A stretch of DNA of 27,319 bases from Candidatus Bipolaricaulota bacterium (lineage in GTDB: Bacteria > Bipolaricaulota > Bipolaricaulia > Bipolaricaulales > Bipolaricaulaceae): NCBI GenBank assembly GCA_021163465.1, contig JAGGWU010000187.1, positions 1 through 27,319 on the forward strand, read 5' to 3'. The first letter of the stretch is position 1. Each line of letters starts with the position of its first letter. Made by a program: the position numbers and the translations under genes. A model generated the notes under the pieces. The model did not search any database. It was given only the letters and a program-made list of their open reading frames with translations, and had not been told where the DNA came from. Of the stretch, positions 25,162 through 27,319 are shown piece after piece.

Positions 25162-27319
25162 ATGGACGTCCTTGAGGGGTTGAACGATCGCCAACGGGAG
25201 GCGGTCACCCACGGAGAGGGGCCGCTTCTGGTCTTGGCGGGGGTGGGCACGGGCAAGACCACCATCATCACCAGGAGGATCGCCTTCCTCATCTCCGAGG
25301 GGTTTGTGCAGCGGCCGAACCAGCTCCTGGTGTTTACCTTCACCGAGCGGGCGGCGGAGGAGATGCTGGATCGGGCCTTCGAGTGGGTGGGTTATGCGGC
25401 GCTGGATGCCTGGGTCTCCACTTACCATTCGGTCTGCCAGCGGATCCTCCAGGAGAACGCTCCCCTGGCCGGCCTCCCCCACGACTTCCGGGTGCTGGAC
25501 GAGTGGGACCAGAAGATCTTCCTTTTGGACAACCTTTGGAGGCTTCCCCTGCGACGGTTCCGCCCCCGGGCGGTCCGCAATCCGCTGCGTTTCCTCCAGC
25601 CCTTGGTCTCCCTCATCCAGCGGGCCAAAGACGAGGGGATAACCCCGGAGAGGTATCTTTCCTGGGTAGAAGAGGAGCGGGAGAAGGGGGAACAGCCGGA
25701 GGATGTCCTGGAGCTACATGGGGAGCTCGCCCGGATCTACGCCGCGTATCAGCAGCTCCTAGAGCGGGAAGGGTACGTGGACTTTGGGGATCTGATCCTT
25801 AAGACGATCCGCCTCTTCGAGGAGCACCCGAGCCTCCTCTTGGAGTACCACCGTCGCTTTCCCTATGTCTTGGCCGACGAGTTCCAGGACACGAGCCCCG
25901 CCGAGTTCCGGCTGGTGGAGCTTTTGGGGGGGCATCGGAACATCACCGTGGTGGGGGACGACGATCAGGCCATCTACGGCTTCCGCGGCGTGCGTTGGGA
26001 TAACCTCAGGAACTTCCTACGCCGGTTCCCCGAGGCAAGGCTGGTGGTGTTGGAGGAGAACTACCGTTCCACCCAGGAGATCCTGGACCGGGCCCGGCGC
26101 CTGATCCTGAACAACCGGTTTCGGCTCGAGGCCCTGGCGGAGCGGGGGGAGATCCCCCACCGGATCACCAAGGAACTCCGGGCCAAAAGGGGGGAAGGCC
26201 CGCGGCCCCGACACTTCCACTTTGCCAACGTGGTGGACGAGGCGGAGTTCCTGGCGGAGAAGGTGGAGGAGCTCCACCGGGAGGAAGGGGTTCCCTACGG
26301 GGAGTTCGCGGTGCTTTACCGCAACAGGTACCGTCCCGATCCGTACCTTCGGGCGCTGTCGGAGCGGGGCATTCCGTGGCTTCTGGCCGGACGCCACGGG
26401 GCCGGGCTCTTCGATCAGGAGGAGATAAAGGTTCTCATATCGTTCCTCCGTTGCATCGCCGATCCCCGGGACGACCAAGCCCTGTTTCACCTTTTGGGGT
26501 CCGAGATCTACCGGATGCCCGGGGAGGACCTGGCGCATCTTTTGGGCCTCTCCCAGCGCTGGCAGCGCCCCTTGGGGGAGATTCTTTTGGAGGCAGCGGC
26601 GGGGAAGGTACGCCTTTCTCCTGAAGGGGCGAGGATCGCCGCCGAGGCGGTGGGCCACCTCTCCCGGTGCCGGGAGCTCTCCCGGGGCCGGTCCGCGGGC
26701 CAGGTGCTTTACACGTATCTCGCCGATGAAACCGGCTATATCGAGCGGCTTTCCCGCTCCCAAGACCGGCGGGAGGGGAGGAAGCTGGAGCATATCGCCG
26801 ACTTCTTCGAGCAGGTGGTGCGACGGTTCGAGGAGATCTCCCGACACGACCGGGTCCCCTGGTTCGTGCGGTACCTGGAGGAGCTCCGGGGGCTGGGCTA
26901 CAACCCCCTGGTGGGCGAGGCGGAACCCGGGGCCGAGGCGGTCCAGGTCCTCACCTTCCACCAGGCCAAGGGGTTGGAATTCCGGGTGGTTTTCCTCACC
27001 GGGCTGATAGAGGATTTCTTTCCGGGCCGGCCGCGGCGCCCGGCCCTGTCCCTTCCCCCCGGCTTGGTGCCGGAGGAGGTACCCCCGGAGATCGCGCACC
27101 TCGAGGAGCAGCGGCGCCTCTTCTACGTGGGGATGACCCGGGCCAAGGAACACCTCTTCCTCCTTTCGGCCGAGGACTACCGCCTCCCCGGAGAAGAGCC
27201 CCGCAAGCGCCCGGCGAAGGTATCCCGGTTCGTGGTGGAGGCCCTGGGGCCGGAGGGGGTGGCCGAGGAGGCGGTAGTCCTCGGCCGAAAGGAGGAAGAG
27301 GTGTTCCTTGGCCCGGGTC
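25162..27319 (+). CDS. UvrD/PcrA/Rep family SF1A ATP-dependent DNA helicase (partial; runs off the right edge)
   Basis: Absent from the ORF track because there is no stop in the window. Manual translation: MDVLEGLNDRQREAVTHGEGPLLVLAGVGTGKT, FTFTERAAEEM, TYHS, DFGDL, DEFQDT, VGDDDQAIYGFRG, ENYRST, TFHQAKGLEF, EQRRLFYVGMTRAK. Frame checked at 25876 and 26941. Confidence 0.95.
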   Translation, partial: MDVLEGLNDRQREAVTHGEGPLLVLAGVGTGKTTIITRRIAFLISEGFVQRPNQLLVFTFTERAAEEMLDRAFEWVGYAALDAWVSTYHSVCQRILQENAPLAGLPHDFRVLDEWDQKIFLLDNLWRLPLRRFRPRAVRNPLRFLQPLVSLIQRAKDEGITPERYLSWVEEEREKGEQPEDVLELHGELARIYAAYQQLLEREGYVDFGDLILKTIRLFEEHPSLLLEYHRRFPYVLADEFQDTSPAEFRLVELLGGHRNITVVGDDDQAIYGFRGVRWDNLRNFLRRFPEARLVVLEENYRSTQEILDRARRLILNNRFRLEALAERGEIPHRITKELRAKRGEGPRPRHFHFANVVDEAEFLAEKVEELHREEGVPYGEFAVLYRNRYRPDPYLRALSERGIPWLLAGRHGAGLFDQEEIKVLISFLRCIADPRDDQALFHLLGSEIYRMPGEDLAHLLGLSQRWQRPLGEILLEAAAGKVRLSPEGARIAAEAVGHLSRCRELSRGRSAGQVLYTYLADETGYIERLSRSQDRREGRKLEHIADFFEQVVRRFEEISRHDRVPWFVRYLEELRGLGYNPLVGEAEPGAEAVQVLTFHQAKGLEFRVVFLTGLIEDFFPGRPRRPALSLPPGLVPEEVPPEIAHLEEQRRLFYVGMTRAKEHLFLLSAEDYRLPGEEPRKRPAKVSRFVVEALGPEGVAEEAVVLGRKEEEVFLGPG

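Noticed and set aside
4225-27153. Many long alternative-frame ORFs (e.g. 1693-2808+, 4225-5259+, 5664-6893+, 14500-15738-, 18959-20278-, 21461-22597-, 26017-27153-)
   Set aside because: Each lies antisense to or within a well-supported gene, has no recognisable motif and shows shadow-ORF composition.
1-27319. CRISPR arrays, tRNA/rRNA genes, defence or prophage modules
   Set aside because: No regularly spaced repeats, cloverleaf-like sequences or recognisable defence or phage proteins were seen, and coding density leaves almost no room for them.

Overview
A compact, GC-rich bacterial chromosomal segment, almost entirely core genes, with no transposase, integrase, phage gene, CRISPR array, rRNA or tRNA that I could recognise. 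Gene order: (-) glmU-prs-rplY-pth; (+) yidD and a retropepsin-like protease; (-) AmmeMemoRadiSam-type radical SAM enzyme, trmH and an M20 amidohydrolase; a 330-bp structured intergenic region; (+) PHP hydrolase; (-) DUF1385; (+) miaB, PfkB-type kinase, CBS protein, exonuclease-DinG and a proS-like gene; (+) GT2, rpiB, rho, LysM/M23, murA, hflX and mscS behind a near-consensus sigma70 promoter; (-) holB and ricT/PSP1; (+) HhH-GPD protein and a UvrD-family helicase that runs off the right edge. The most notable observations are full-length, intact ORFs with one apparently eroded active site. (1) A bacterial-type ProRS has lost most aminoacylation motifs but keeps its INS editing and anticodon-binding domains, making it a candidate editing-only pseudo-synthetase. 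(2) A GlmU has a degenerate uridyltransferase half and an intact acetyltransferase half. (3) A PfkB kinase has GADD instead of GAGD and is coupled to a CBS protein. Many operon-leading genes also look leaderless or short-leadered. All motif comparisons were made by eye against remembered reference sequences and need confirmation by alignment. The amino-acid style suggests a thermophile; my guess of Candidatus Bipolaricaulota (Acetothermia) is an impression only.
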